Positions 50,148 through 63,636 of a stretch of 64,000 nt of DNA are shown piece by piece (within the stretch, counting starts at the first letter, position 1; the number at the start of each line of letters is the position of its first letter). This DNA is from Selaginella moellendorffii (lineage: Eukaryota > Plantae > Lycopodiophyta). The notes under the pieces were generated by a model. The model did not search any database. It worked only from the letters and a program-made list of their open reading frames with translations, and was not told the DNA's origin. Where the stretch lies: assembly GCF_000143415.4 (NCBI RefSeq), contig NW_003314263.1, forward strand, positions 1,242,165 to 1,306,164, read 5' to 3'. A program made the position numbers and the translations under genes.

Positions 50148-53100
50148 TTTTGTGTGGCTAGAACAAGTGATCTTCAAGGCTTTTCAAGAATAAAAGTCTC
50201 GATGTCTCACAGATGGAAACTTAACGAGTACTCCTTGAGCTAGCATGTAGATCTTACATAAACGAGGAGTTGGGACGATTCCTTCAGTCGAGCAATGAAA
50301 TACTTTATAGCGCGTAGCCAAATGCTAGTATACTTAGTCTGGACAGCCATGCTTCTTCCACTCAGAATGAAGAGCGGTTCCAAGATGATCCTCGGTGGCT
50401 GCTGCTTCTCACCTCTTCTAAAAAGGCCCAAGCATATGATTATCCTGATAATTAGTGTCTTCGTTAATGCAGGATCTAGACACAGCAGACATGGAAGCTG
50501 TAAACAATAAAAAGAATTTGGAAACATTGAAAACACCAATGTTGTAGCAATGCAAATAAAAAATTGAAATTATGTTGTATCATTATTTGGTTTTGCCATG
50601 GCTTTTGTCTCAATATTTTTAATCATATTCTTGCATTTACTTTACTTCCAGTTATTATCATAAAACTGATTGTAAACACTAATCAAAACCTCCACGATGA
50701 AAACTAATTTCAGAAAGTATAATGCCGTCTTAGAGGCTGCATCACAATAACTATGGTTTAAATTTATGAATTCCAGAATAGGAAACTCACAAGAAATAAG
50801 AAAATCACAAGAAATAAAATACCAAAGTTTCATAAAGTGATCTCCATCCTCACTAAATCACAGATTTCAGCTGCTTGACACAGTCACGCATGCAGTTTTA
50901 GTCTTAAAAGTTATTGAAAGCCATTTCAAGGTGGTATGGAGCACAAAAGAGTTGGAGTTACTTGAGCACCACACTTAGTAGGGATATAGTGTGACTAGTG
51001 CTATAGCTTGCTAGCAACAGTTTGAAGGTTCATTTGGCCAGCTTGAATGATGAATGATAGTTTTTGAGAGAAAACTAATATAAGATTATCTAAATCATAT
51101 TTTAGCCACATAATTGTTAGAATGGAGTATATAGTTAAACAATTCTTTTTAAAGTCAATGGGGGACCGCCTAGCTTCTTTCTCATAGGCGAAAACAAAAC
51201 TAACAATATTCAAAATAAGCAAAACAATTACTAGCATAAATAAAACAATATTAGAATGGATACTTTTTGCTACCAATTATTTTTCTATTCAAAGAATTTG
51301 CTGTACTGTCTCACAAACCTGTAGTGGTGGTAATGGATATACCTAGAAATTCTATCTTATTCTATGATCTGGTTCATATTGTTTTAGATTACTTTTGTGT
51401 TTATAAATTTATAGGGAATTCATGTCTAGATAAGACTAGATCATTATATACTCTAACACCTTAAGTTCATATGTACTAAAATACTAACTTAGATTATTAT
51501 AAGTTAATCTCCTAATCTCTAATAACTACTATATTACATTTTCTATAAACTCCCTTTGTTTATAGAAATGTAGACACAATCAACTTCCAGGTAACTACTC
51601 ACTTAAATTATTAACTAGCCTTAGGAAACAGTTACAATTGCAAAATCAAGACTTTCACAATGTTTTAGAGGGAAAGGTAGCAAACAAAGCTTTGTATAAA
51701 TTTTAGCCACCATGTGTAGAATTGATACTATAATGATATTCTTCTTTCATACTTTAAATGGAACATAGTATAATGTTTGTCAATATATTTAGACTTTGAG
51801 TGAAGAGTTTGATCTTTAGCCAAACCAATAGTAGATTAATTATCATAACATAAGAACATGGGGAGTGATGGAGGATGTCCCAAGTCAATAAGTAGTCTAA
51901 AAAACCATATAATTTCTTGAGTGGCTATACTATATATTCTACTTCTATAAAAGATGTTTTTATGCAATATTGACACTTAGAAAACTAAATGACAACACAA
52001 GAAATTGTAAGGAAACACAAGCCACTTGTAAATTAACAAGAGTCATTAGTTGCACAAGCCTAATTTGAATCAATGTAAGCTATTAATGTTACAGAACAAA
52101 TTTCATAATGAATATAAGTGATCCCATGACTAATAGTGCCTTTAAAATGGCTCTCAATAGATAATGTATAGATTTCTAACATATTGCCCAAGTAATTAGT
52201 AATATATATAATATTATAAGCTTATAAATTTAAACTTCTTGGGAAGTCATCCAACCCAATAGTATTCCAACCTAGTAGTATTCCAACTTAAAGATACTTA
52301 GCCCAAAGTATCCCCAAAACCTTTTATTGATTGAAAATGAATGCCCTTTCCTTCTATATTTAAAACTTTATAAATTATCTTTCAAGTTGTTCTCTTTAGT
52401 TACTAATATCTAGCTAAGTAAAGTTACCTATATATATCCAATTAAAATTTGATAATTTAAAACATTAATAAAGGAAACAAAAAATGTATAATGCTTTAAG
52501 ATGTAATATTTGATTACGGTTTACAATCTATCATTTTAAAACATAATAAAATATTATAAAAGGATGGAATATCAATTTAGCAATCACTATTGAACATGGG
52601 AAGAGAATACAATGATCAAGAATTTCCCAAGACATATTTTTGCATTCTATTGTATTGGAATTATTGAATGTGATAAATCCTTTTATATCTTCTTTCAAAC
52701 AATAGGAACATATAATAGATAAGATTGGATTGAAATCATTGCTATAACACTAATTGAAAAAGCTAAAGTTCAATAACAAAAGAAGGAGAAAGAAGGGATT
52801 AAAGATTTAAGAAGGAGAAAGGGGGATTAAAGATTATTGAAATGTTTAGATTGCAAAAAATTTTCAAGTTGTATGTAAACTTGCAATTGCAAAATGTACT
52901 ACTACTATCTAGATGACACCATGCCATTTATATTAGTTTCCATAACAATAACATTCTACTAAAAAAGAGTAAGTGAGAGTGAGAGAAGTTATATGTAATA
53001 GTAAAGGAAAATGACTAATAAATTCAAGAGTCTTAGATTGATCATACATATGATCACAAAAGAAGTTATTGCTGAAGAACTCTTTACCAAATTTGACAAA

Positions 53101-54621
53101 GATAATAAACACTCTTTCCACTAATCAAATGTAACAATTTCAAACTAAAGCATTGGGTGTATAAAGTTCAAAGAGAAAACAATGATGAAATAAGTAACAT
53201 TCAATTCCTTGCAAAATATGCAAAAATTTATTTTTTCCAAGGTTTATTTTTTTTATTCCAAGTAAACAATGACAACAACCAACATTGCTACGTGATAAAG
53301 ATGTCCACTAAAGGACTAAAAAGTGTGGTTGACTTAGTTGACAAATGCAAAAAGTAAAAACTCTCAACTAATCTTGGATACATTTCAACTTTAATTATTG
53401 TGTACGTGAATAGGCAACAATAGGAACTTATATATATGACCACTAAGTAAAGAAACTTCTTCAAAAATGAAAAATTAATCATATTAAAACATTTATAAAT
53501 TGCATAAGTTATTGATTATTGCAACATGTGAGTTTAAAGTGGAGGATTGTGTGTTTCAGCATTTGTTTTAAATACTTCTCAATAACATGTACAAGCGCAT
53601 AATAGGTTTTGTACCTACTTTTCATGGTTTCATGGCTGATGAGGTTGACACTAATTGGAATATTGTTTAAAAAGTATATTTTGGAGGCCACAAAAAACTA
53701 AAAAAAGAGGACTTATATGTTTTCCACTTTCAGTAAAGTCTCTAAATGCACAAAAAAAATTACATTACACATGACTATCAACAAGAATACTTTAACTTGT
53801 GTCAACAGTGGTAATAGGTTGAGAGTTAGGAAGAGGCATAAGTTTATTTCAATAAGATCTAACAGTGGTAAGAAAGAAAGACAATTCAAAATGACAAAAA
53901 AATCCTTTATTTGTGGATTTCATGGTGGCAAGATAGAGAAATTTCTTTTTTAAGGTTTGGACTTGAATAGTGTTCCACAAATTTTTTTTTACCAATGCAT
54001 GTTATGATAACCTATTAGAAGCCCTACTCTAGTGCATTATATATAAATTATGTTTAGAGGGAAGATACATAGGATTGGGTCCAAGATTGTAGGTGTTTTA
54101 CACAAGGAAACATAATACACCAAAAAGTGTTAAAAAATGAGTAGCAAACATAACAAATTTCAACAAAAGTGTATCATGTTAGATTAGAGTGGCTACAGTG
54201 GAGACTACAAGACAACTTACAAGAAGAGTCAAGCAACAGATTTATATATTGTTGCCATTGATGATAACACATGCTAAAATTCATCAACAATAATGTGCCG
54301 ATTTGTGATTTTTCATTAAGAAAGAATTTGAACTTTGATGACACAAAATAACCATAACGACATATATGAGTAGTGAACTTCATGACTTTGTTGTGTCAAG
54401 ACCCCCAACAAGATCAAGACTGGAAAATGCTAAAGACAAAGAGAAAAAGCTAGTGAAAACAAAGAAGAGGCCTTAGACTGGTGTTGATTCAGATTGTGGA
54501 GAAAGGGAACAAGGCTAACCTATATATACTATAGGTTGATGAAGCTCCACCACTCTTGGATCGAGGACGGCCTAAATACAGCTGAGGTCGAGGAGGCGCC
54601 ACATCATCATCAGGAATGTGG

Positions 54622-54767
54622 CTCGAGACTCAGGAATCGGGAAGTGTCTCGAGACTCAGGAATCGGGAAGTGTCTCGAGAGTCAGGAATAGGGAAGTGTC
54701 TCGAGACTCAGGAATCGGGAAGTGTCTCGAGAGTCAGGAATAGGGAAGTGTCTCGAGAGTCAGGAAT
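54622..54767 (+). repeat. 26-bp tandem repeat (~5.5 copies) in the LTR U3 region; also at 59888-60033
   Basis: CTCGAGA(C/G)TCAGGAAT(C/A)GGGAAGTGT units start at 54622, 54648, 54674, 54700, 54726 and 54752. Confidence 0.9.
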
Positions 54768-54843
54768 GTGGTCTGCAGGTCAGGAATCCGGCGAGAGTCA
54801 GGAATGTGGCAAGAATTGGGGGATTCCTGATAGCACCCCCTCC

Positions 54844-57800
54844 TCAAGAACGAGTGGAACGAGGATGTGAACGAGAACGAAGAGGAGGATGAGATGAGCG
54901 GCGAGGGATGGGAGAGGGAGAAAAAAAATGAGGACTGGGACGAGAAGGATAGCGGCGGTGGAAGTCCTGAACAAGGTCAGGAGAATGAAGCAGGTTGTCC
55001 GCAGGTTCCCAAGTGCGTTCCTCAGGTCCGTAACCCTTCCAGTCCACCAGATAGTAGAGTTTAGACCGTGAAATCTTGGAATCAAGGATGTCCTGAACCT
55101 CGTACTCAGACCCATCCTCGAGCTACACTGGTGGAGGCGGAGGAATGACCCGATTTGGAATAGGACTGGGAATATAAGGCTCAAGGAGAGAGGAGTGAAA
55201 AACGGGGTGAATTTGATATGAGGAGGGAAGTGCAAGGCGATAAGTGACAGGATTAATGATGGCAGTGATAGGGAAAGGACCAAGGCGTTTGAAATCGAGT
55301 TTTGGACAGGGCCTGGTGGTGGAGATATTTCGCCTGAGGAGCCAGACTTTATCCCCGATATTTTAAGGGGGACAATCCTGACGATGGACATTGGCAAATG
55401 TTTTATGAGATTCCTGAGCACAATGGAGGTGGAAGGAGATGGAGTTGTGGATTTCCTGGAGGTTGGAGACAAATGCCTCAGAGCGGGGATTTGAACGAGA
55501 GGATTCAGATGGAGAAGGAAGTGAGAGATTGAATCGGGGATTTCGGCCAGAGTTCGCAAAGAAGGGGGAAACTCGAAGAGAGGAGTGAACAGAGTTGTTA
55601 TAGGAGAACTCAGCAAGGGGAAGGATATCGAACCAGTTATCCTGATGATAGTTGATGAAGCACCTCAAGAATTGTTCCAACGTCTGAATCGTTCGCTCGG
55701 ACTGCCCATCAGTTTGAGGATGATATGCCGAAGAGAGGTTGGCCTTCACTCCAAGCAGCTGCAAAAACCGTTGCCAGAAATGAGAGATGAACTAAGGCCC
55801 CCGATCCGAAACCACATCTGTAGGAATCCCATGAAGTCGGAAAATTTCCCTGAATACCAGTTTTGCCATGTCCTCGCCCGAAAACTCCTTGGTACATGGC
55901 AAGAAGTGCGCCATCTTTGTGAAGCGATCCACCACGACTAAAATGCTGTTGAAGCCTCTAGAACTCGGAAGATCACTCAAGAAATCCATGGAGATGGATT
56001 CCCAAGGACCTGAAGGGACCGAAAGGGAACGAAGCAAACCTGAAGGAAGGTGGCGAGGTACCTTATTTCGGGCACAAGTGTCACAGGAGGTAACAAAAGC
56101 TTTGATGTAGTCATCCATGTGAGGCCACCAAAAGTCCCGTGCAACTAGCTCATAGGTTTTCGCAATGCCGAAGTGACCAGCAGTCGGGCTATCGTGGCAC
56201 GCCATCAGGACCAACCTTCGAGTATCACCTTCCGGAACGTAAAGCTGCTCCCCACGGTACAATAAGCCATCTAAGAACTCGAACTCGTCAAATCGCCGGC
56301 AGTCGGGAGTCACTGGGTGTCCAGCCTGAAGATGGGGGAAAATGTCGCTAGCGAGATCATTGGATTGAAGATTGTTTCTGATTGCATCCATCAAGGAGGA
56401 GTCCTGAGGGGCCAGGGAAATTGCCATAACTTGAAGCCGATCAGGACCGAGGATAACTTGATCCTGTTGATCGAAGGCAGGATTACCAGGCTTGAGACTG
56501 AGATAGGAGCGCCTTGAAAGAGCATCAGGAAGGCCTTGAAACTTTCCAGGTCTGTACTTGATAACAAAGTCAAACCGACTCAGGAATTGTGCCCACCTTG
56601 CTTGACGACGGCTTAAAACTCGGGAAGTGGCAAAGTACTCGAGATTTTTGTGATCCGTCCAGACTGTTGTTTGATGGCTCGCCCCCTCCAAGAAACGGCG
56701 CCACTCTCCAAAGGAATCCACGATGGCAAGGAGCTCCTTGTCGTGGATTTCGTAATTGATCTCCGCAGGCTGGAATTTCCGAGAATGGAAAGCGACCGGA
56801 TGAAGTTCGTGATCCGCTCCAAGTTGAGACAGTACAGCACCAATGGCAAAGTCGGAGGCGTCAGCCTCGATGAAGAAAGGTTGTGAGGAATTAGCATGGA
56901 TCAAGACAGGAGCAGAACTGAAGGCCGCCTTGAGTGTGTCAAAGGCATGCTGGGCAGCAGCAGACCAAGAGAAGGGAACATCCTTGCGAGTGAGATGTGT
57001 GAGAGGAAGGACAATGTCAGAGTAGTGATCAATGAATTTGCGGTAGAAGTTGGCGAAGCCAAGGAAAACCTGAACGTCCGACATTGATTGTGGAGGCTCC
57101 CATTCGAGAATAGTCTTGACTTTAGCAGGATCCATTGTGATACCCTCAGGAGTGACAATGTACCCAAGGAACTCCACAGACTGCTGATCAAAGGAACATT
57201 TCTCAAGCTTCGCGTATAGACCGTGTTCTCACAGCTTCGCTAGCACCTTGCGAACATGTTCGTCATGCTCCTCCTGAGTTTTTGAGTAGATGAGGATGTC
57301 ATTGAGGTAGACGATCACCATCTGATCAAGAAACTCCCGAAAAACGTTGTTCGCCATGTGTTGGAAAACCGCTGGAGCATTTGTCAAGCCAAATGGCATG
57401 ACAGTGTACTCGAAGTGGCCATAGCGGGTTCGGAACGCAGTCTTCCATTCATCACCAGGCCGGATCCGGATCAGGTTGTATGCTCCACGGAGGTCAATCT
57501 TGGTGAAGAAGCGGGCACCGCCGAGGCGTTCCAACAAGTCCGAGATCAGGGGCAGCGGATAACGGTTCCGAACAGTCACCTTGTTCAAACCTCGGTAGTC
57601 GATGACTAACCGCAAGCTCCCATCCTTCTTCTTGACAAAGAAGACAGGCGCTCCAGCCGGGGACTGCGAATGCTGAATGTAGCCCGAGGCAAGGTTCTCA
57701 TCCACGTACTCTTTGAGGGCCTTAAGCTCGGACGGAGATAACCCGTAGATAGGCCCCCACGGAGGTGACGCTCCTTCCTGTAAATCAATGGGACAATCAT

Positions 57801-58617
57801 AAGGCCGATGAACAGGCAATACACTAGCTTTTTTCTTGTCAAACACATCCCCAAAATCATGATACTTCTCAGGAAGACTGACAGGAGAAACATGCAAAGC
57901 AAAAAGAAAAAGAGGTTCTTCATGAAGGAGTTCTTTCATAGTGATTGTGGAGATAGGAGAAGGGGTACGACTAAATGGAATGACGAGACGAGGATACTGT
58001 CCAGTGTAAGATGGAAGAGAGGAAAAAGAAGAGGATGAAAACTTCGTAGAGTCAGGAACAGAACCCCGACTTGAGTTTAGGGAACTTTTCCTGATTCGGA
58101 CTCGATTAACACCAGGGGAAGCCGTGGGAGATGGTGATGGGGGAGAGATGAGCTGTAAGTCCTTCCAACAAATCTGAGGCTGATGTAGTTGGAACCAAGG
58201 AAGACCGAGCACCACAGAGGAGGACTTGCTGTTGATGATGTTGAAGGCAATATCAGTGACGGTGGACCCGATGTGTACTCGAATGGGCAACGTTTCCCTA
58301 AGTCCAGAAGATGGAGACACAAAATGCCCGCCGATGCCTTCAACCCTCAGATCCCGTATGGTAGGAGAAAGAGGAACGTGATGTCGGGCAGCAAAGTCCG
58401 TGTCCATGAAGCAGGAAGTTGCACCCGAGTCCAGTAGCGCCAAAGCCTTGAGTCCTGATTGTCCGGTGAAAGAAAGGAGACATGGGACGCGGAAGTTGCG
58501 GGAATTGGTGGTGGCTTTGATGAAAGGTGGTGAGGAGCTTGATAAGGAAGAAAAGTGATTTTTATTTGGGGAGTCCAAACAGACAGCTCCTACTCTGTTT
58601 GGACAGGGTCGTTTCCC
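54844..58617 (-). pseudogene. pol: pol: protease, RT, RNase H, integrase, chromodomain; interrupted by in-frame stops
   Basis: LLDSGAT; [25 protein letters not shown]; YLND in place of YLDD; EADASDFAIGAVL; HX6H...CX2C; ISMDF/VVVDRFTK/SDRG; GPF; EYEVQDILD...YLVDWKGYGPEERTWEP. Stops at ~57229, 55792, 55363 and ~55124. Confidence 0.9.
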
Positions 58618-59561
58618 GACTGCAACAGAAGTGGACTTTGAGGCAGAGTGAACTCGAGCAATCGGGGAGGCTTCCTGGGACACATAGCTGCTTTGTGATT
58701 AGGATCAGCACAGTAGAGGCAAAGATTATGAGATATTCGACGTTGCCTCTCAGCAGGACTCAACTTCCCTCTAATGAGTCGGGGAGTACCAGAAATATCC
58801 ATCGGGACTGGAGCAGTAGGTTCAGGACTATGCCCCGAAGACTCAAGCTGGGATTCCTGAGTCTGGGACGGAAAAACAGCGGCGCGACGACTTTCCTGAC
58901 GACGTTCAAAGAGACGATTGTCACATCGAACAGCTTTGTTGATGGCGTCCGACAGGTCCTTGGGATCCTCCATGGTGAGCAACAAATCCTTGACACCGTT
59001 GTTGAGGCCGAAACGAAATTGGTCAATCAAGGCCCGCTCATCCCACTGAGTGTCCAAGGCAAGGAGTTAGAACTCTGCAGCGTAGATCGAGGCAGGACGA
59101 GACCCCTGAGAGAGACGTCTCATCTTTGTGGTAGCAGCCCGAACCCGATCCGTCTCGCCAAAACATGCTTCGAGCTTCTCTTTGAACAATTGAAGATCCA
59201 TCAGCTCCGGAACCACGACCCCTTTCATGCTCTTCTCTAGAAGAGGAGAAAACCATGACAAAGCTACACCCTCGAGCAACGTCCCAATCGCGCCGATTTG
59301 AGACTCGGGAGTGGGGTACCGCCGATGTTGAAGTGCAAAGATCAGCTCCATTTGGTTCAAAAATCCACGAAGCTCCGAACGCTTGCCTGAAAATTTCGCC
59401 GGGAAACTCACCTTCAGTTCAGGAACTTTGCTGGATCCTTGAGCCGAAAGTGAAGCAAGCTCTTGCTGCATGCGAAGAAGGGTCGCCTTCAGCTCGGTAT
59501 TCTCAGACTGAATTTTTGCAAGGACTTCGGCAAAGAAATCAGGATGGCTTGGAGACTCCAT
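58590..59561 (-). pseudogene. gag: gag with CX2CX4HX4C zinc knuckle and one premature stop
   Basis: MESPSHPDF...PAKFSGKRSELRGFLNQ...LSQGSRPASIYAAEF*LLALDTQWDERALIDQFRFGL...PVPMDI...[16 protein letters not shown]. Confidence 0.85.
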
Positions 59562-61848
59562 TGGCAAGAAGAAAGAAAAGAAAAGGGGAAAAAAGACAAA
59601 GGCAATCAAATAATCAAAACGAGCTAAAAGAAAAGCAAAAAACACAATCTGAATCAAACTGTCAAGACCCCCAACAAGATCAAGACTGGAAAATGCTAAA
59701 GACAAAGAGAAAAAGCTAGTGAAAACAAAGAAGAGGCCTTAGACTGGTGTTGATTCAGATTGTGGAGAAAGGGAACAAGGCTAACCTATATATACTATAG
59801 GTTGATGAAGCTCCACCACTCTTGGATCGAGGACGGCCTAAATACAGCTGAGGTCGAGGAGGCGCCACATCATCATCAGGAATGTGGCTCGAGACTCAGG
59901 AATCGGGAAGTGTCTCGAGACTCAGGAATCGGGAAGTGTCTCGAGAGTCAGGAATAGGGAAGTGTCTCGAGACTCAGGAATCGGGAAGTGTCTCGAGAGT
60001 CAGGAATAGAGAAGTGTCTCGAGAGTCAGGAATGTGGTCTGCAGGTCAGGAATCCGGCGAGAGTCAGGAATGTGGCAAGAATTGGGGGATTCCTGACATG
60101 TTGGGCTTTACATTGTGTAGAAAATAGGAAGGTTATATGCTATTTTTACTTGGAATGCGAGAAAAGAAAATGTGGGAAAGAACTTCTAAGGAATACATTG
60201 GCACCATATATCACAAGTTTTAGAATATATAAGGATAATAGAACACTCAAAACATTTTGGTTTTACAGTAATAGCATCCTCCACAGTTAAGGTACAGATA
60301 TTGTTGCATTTGGTGATGCACTAGAAAAATGGTTAGTTATAAAAGGTGTAAAGATTACTTTAGTAAAGCTTCACGATCTCAATACAATAAGGCTTATGCT
60401 AAGAGCTTTAGATGAACAATATCCTCTAACACAATTGCAAATGCCAATGGAACCCATTTTAGTAAATGAGGAATTTGTTCATATGTTTGCCTTGCATGGA
60501 AATTTGACACCTCCAGCAAGTAAGCTAACATTTTCTGATACTAATAATTAATTTTCTTATGAACAGACACTCCTTTATCTAACAACAAGACTCCACCCAT
60601 AATGAACCCTATCTCTGACAAAAAGATTCCAACTACACGAAATGGAATTTGAGTTTAACTAAGGAAAGTCTTTATGCTGTATTTTCATACATTGCACAAC
60701 TCACTTATCATGCATGCACACATTGAAAATGTCAACACATACAACAGTGAAGATAAGGAAGAAGTACTTCTAAATAACAAAAAGAGTAATTACAAAGTAA
60801 CCATAGGAATGGAACCTTTTTGTGCGCATCCAAACTTTCAGAAAGGCTTAAGCAAAAGCCATATGCAAACATTTGATCTACTTGTATTTCAATCAGTATA
60901 AAATGGATTCTATAGACATAATGATTATATAAGCAGCTTTATCAAAGAAACAAGCTCATCCCTGCAAAATGAGATGTGGTTAAAATAATGAAAGTCCTTT
61001 GCATTCTTAATTAAATATTATGTTGTTCTAAATAGAAGTATTTTGTATTATTAAAAGAATATCTCATGAATATTCCCTGATGTGGCAGGGACTCTCATTT
61101 GCAACGTGGAGGCCCTCGTGGCAAAAAGGATGTGATGATGTGGCCAGACAGCGTGGCCGAACCAAAAAAGATTTCAAAGTATGAAAACGTGTTCGGCACG
61201 CCCTCCGCCCGGATCACCTGATCATCTTCTGGTCGCTCAGGGATGGAGTTCATTTCCTTGTCGCCCGCCCACCGCTGCCACCACAGCCCCTGCCGCTTCC
61301 AATTTCCCTACCGCGGCCACTCCACTTCCCGAACAGTGATCTAGTTGCTCATCACATCACTCCCCACCCCCCAGCCAAAGCTTCCCATGGATGATCCCGC
61401 TTTGCTCAAGCACCATCCAGCAAAATCCTTGGGGAGGGAGAATTGCCCTCTCTTTGAAGGCGAGATCCTGGCGGACCTGGAGCAGGCGAGGGATCATGAC
61501 GCGACCTCACGGAGACTCAAATGAGAACGAGTTTTAACGGGAGGCCCAGAGGACAATGCCCGAGGAGGAGCAGTCGAGTATCCATGTCGAGTGAGGGGCG
61601 CTTTGCTAGATTCTGCGTAGAGTGAGCAGATACTTTTTCGGTCGCGCAATGACGACCAACGCATTTGGCTTGGCATGAGGAACTCGAATACTGTTGCTAA
61701 CCTTGTCGAAAAAATAGTTTAGGAACGAAACGTAAGTTCCAGTTCCTCGTAGAAACAAGCTGGCGACGTGAGACAGAGATTTAACTTTTATGTTACCTGA
61801 AGATCTCGTGAAGTTTCCTGGTTCCTAGTTACCAAGGGGAACACATAG

Positions 61849-63494
61849 CTACAAAGGAAAGTACCTCCCCAAAGCTTGCAGAAGCCTGGCGCGGTAGTTG
61901 CGTGGATGGATGATACAGTGTTCAAGAACACGCTTCCTGATGTCCTCCTCCGTCATGACGCATCCAAGGAGCTCCCGAATCCAATCCATCACAAGACCTC
62001 GGATGATCCGAAAGTTGATTCGAATGTGTCTGTAGGCATTCCTCCGAGAAAACGTGGTAAGGTAGTCGATTACGGAAACAAAGATGTGCTCCTCATCGGT
62101 CTGGAAGACTAGAACCGAATAATCCGTGAGGCCCTGTCTCTGCAAAAAAAAAACAAGCAAAACAAGCAAAACAGTCGTAAATGAATCAAGCAAGGATGTT
62201 TTCCAGCTTACCTGGAGGAAGTGCGTGTCCCGCTCAATCAAACAAAACAGCATGCGGTGAGAGAAACTTGTCAGCAGCAAAGGCGTTGTGAAATAGGCAT
62301 CGCTCTCTGGAACACTGTACTTGATGAACCCCTTGAGATCATGGTGTATCGTTGTGGCTTGAAGAAAGCTCCTGGGAGGATCTGTGGCCTCAATGACAAG
62401 GACGTTCAAACGTTCGCTCTCGCTGAAGGTCATCGGTGCGGGCCAGATCTATGACACGAAAAGCAATATGAGAAGTGCTTTCGAACTTTTTCAAGTGTTT
62501 ATACCTCGTAAGCGCCCAGTATTATCGCGAACGATGTCTCCAGCTGCTGGGTGTACAGGAAGTAATCTTCTGCTATTCGTCGCAGCGCACTCATATCACG
62601 GTGAGAAACCAGCTTCACGATGACTCGCTCGCTGGCAGTGGTGAAAAACTTCGCTCCACTCCTAGAGCTGGCCATCGTCCTCGGGCGTGCGGTGTTCAAC
62701 GTTTCAACAAACTCCTTGTCATCCTTGAAGCCATGAACTTCCCGTAGAGTGCGAAACTGTGTGGGAAAGAGAACGTTGACGAATCCATCGATGCCCCCGA
62801 ACGAGTACTCTGGCTTGTCCCCAGGAACTTGGTGCGTAAGGTACTTCGTGAGAACGGGAAGCCACTGCGGTGGGGGAGTCTGAAAACGAAAGTTTACGTG
62901 AGCAGTGAGCAGTGAGTGAAGTTCCAAATCAAACCAAATGTACGCTGGTAGAGTTCTCGTTCACGATATTCTTCTGAAGGCGCTTCATCGCGCGGATCTG
63001 TTTGGGGAACACAGCCGTGACGTTGCCACTGCAATCAGCATAGAAACGAATCCGCATAGGATCGGCATAAGAAATCACGGGAAAGCTTGCAATCTCGACG
63101 AGTTAAATCTCGAGAATCCGCGTTAGGACCGGGATAAGAAGCAAGAAACCACTGGAAAGCTTGCAATCGGGATAAGAAGCAAGAAGTCTGTGGAGAAACA
63201 AAGTAGAAACCATGAATCGGGACAGCTCGGGGTCTAGGAAACGAGAAAGCACTAGAAAGCTTGCAATCGGGACAGGAAACACGAAATCTCTGGAGAGACA
63301 AGCGTCGAGAATGCATAATCACCATGAATCGAGAGAGAATCGGCAAGAAAGCTTGCATACCTCGCCCGAGACGATGGATCATGACAGTATCGCGTAGGCT
63401 CCCTGGCCATTGCCGCGTCGAATGCGACGCTGAGCAAGAATGGCGCAATCGCGACGCAGACGATCGCCATCGCGCAAACCATCGCCAGCGCCAT
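61849..63494 (-). CDS. FAB1-like PIP-kinase domain protein, copy C (same as A)
   Basis: Same translated ORFs as copy A. Confidence 0.72.
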
Positions 63495-63636
63495 CGCTCC
63501 GCAACCAAGGCATGCAAAATAAAACCCAAATTTCAAACGATGGATGGTACAAGTTAGCGCCAAAACCCCAAACGTACGGAAATGGGCCAATGCTAAAATT
63601 AGTGGACGTTTTTAGGGTTCTTCGCGAGAGAGAGGG

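Larger units (their letters stand above)
54394..60098 (-). mobile_element. Full-length Ty3/gypsy chromovirus LTR retrotransposon (Tcn1/Tf1-sushi-like)
   Basis: 439-bp LTRs 54394-54832 and 59660-60098, 2 differences seen. TSD TGTTG (54389-54393, 60099-60103). PPT GAGGAGGGGGTG. Domain order gag-PR-RT-RNaseH-IN-chromodomain. Confidence 0.95.

Noticed and set aside
54622-54767. Regular 26-bp repeats as a CRISPR-like array
   Set aside because: Head-to-tail with no unique spacers, inside a eukaryotic LTR, and no cas genes.
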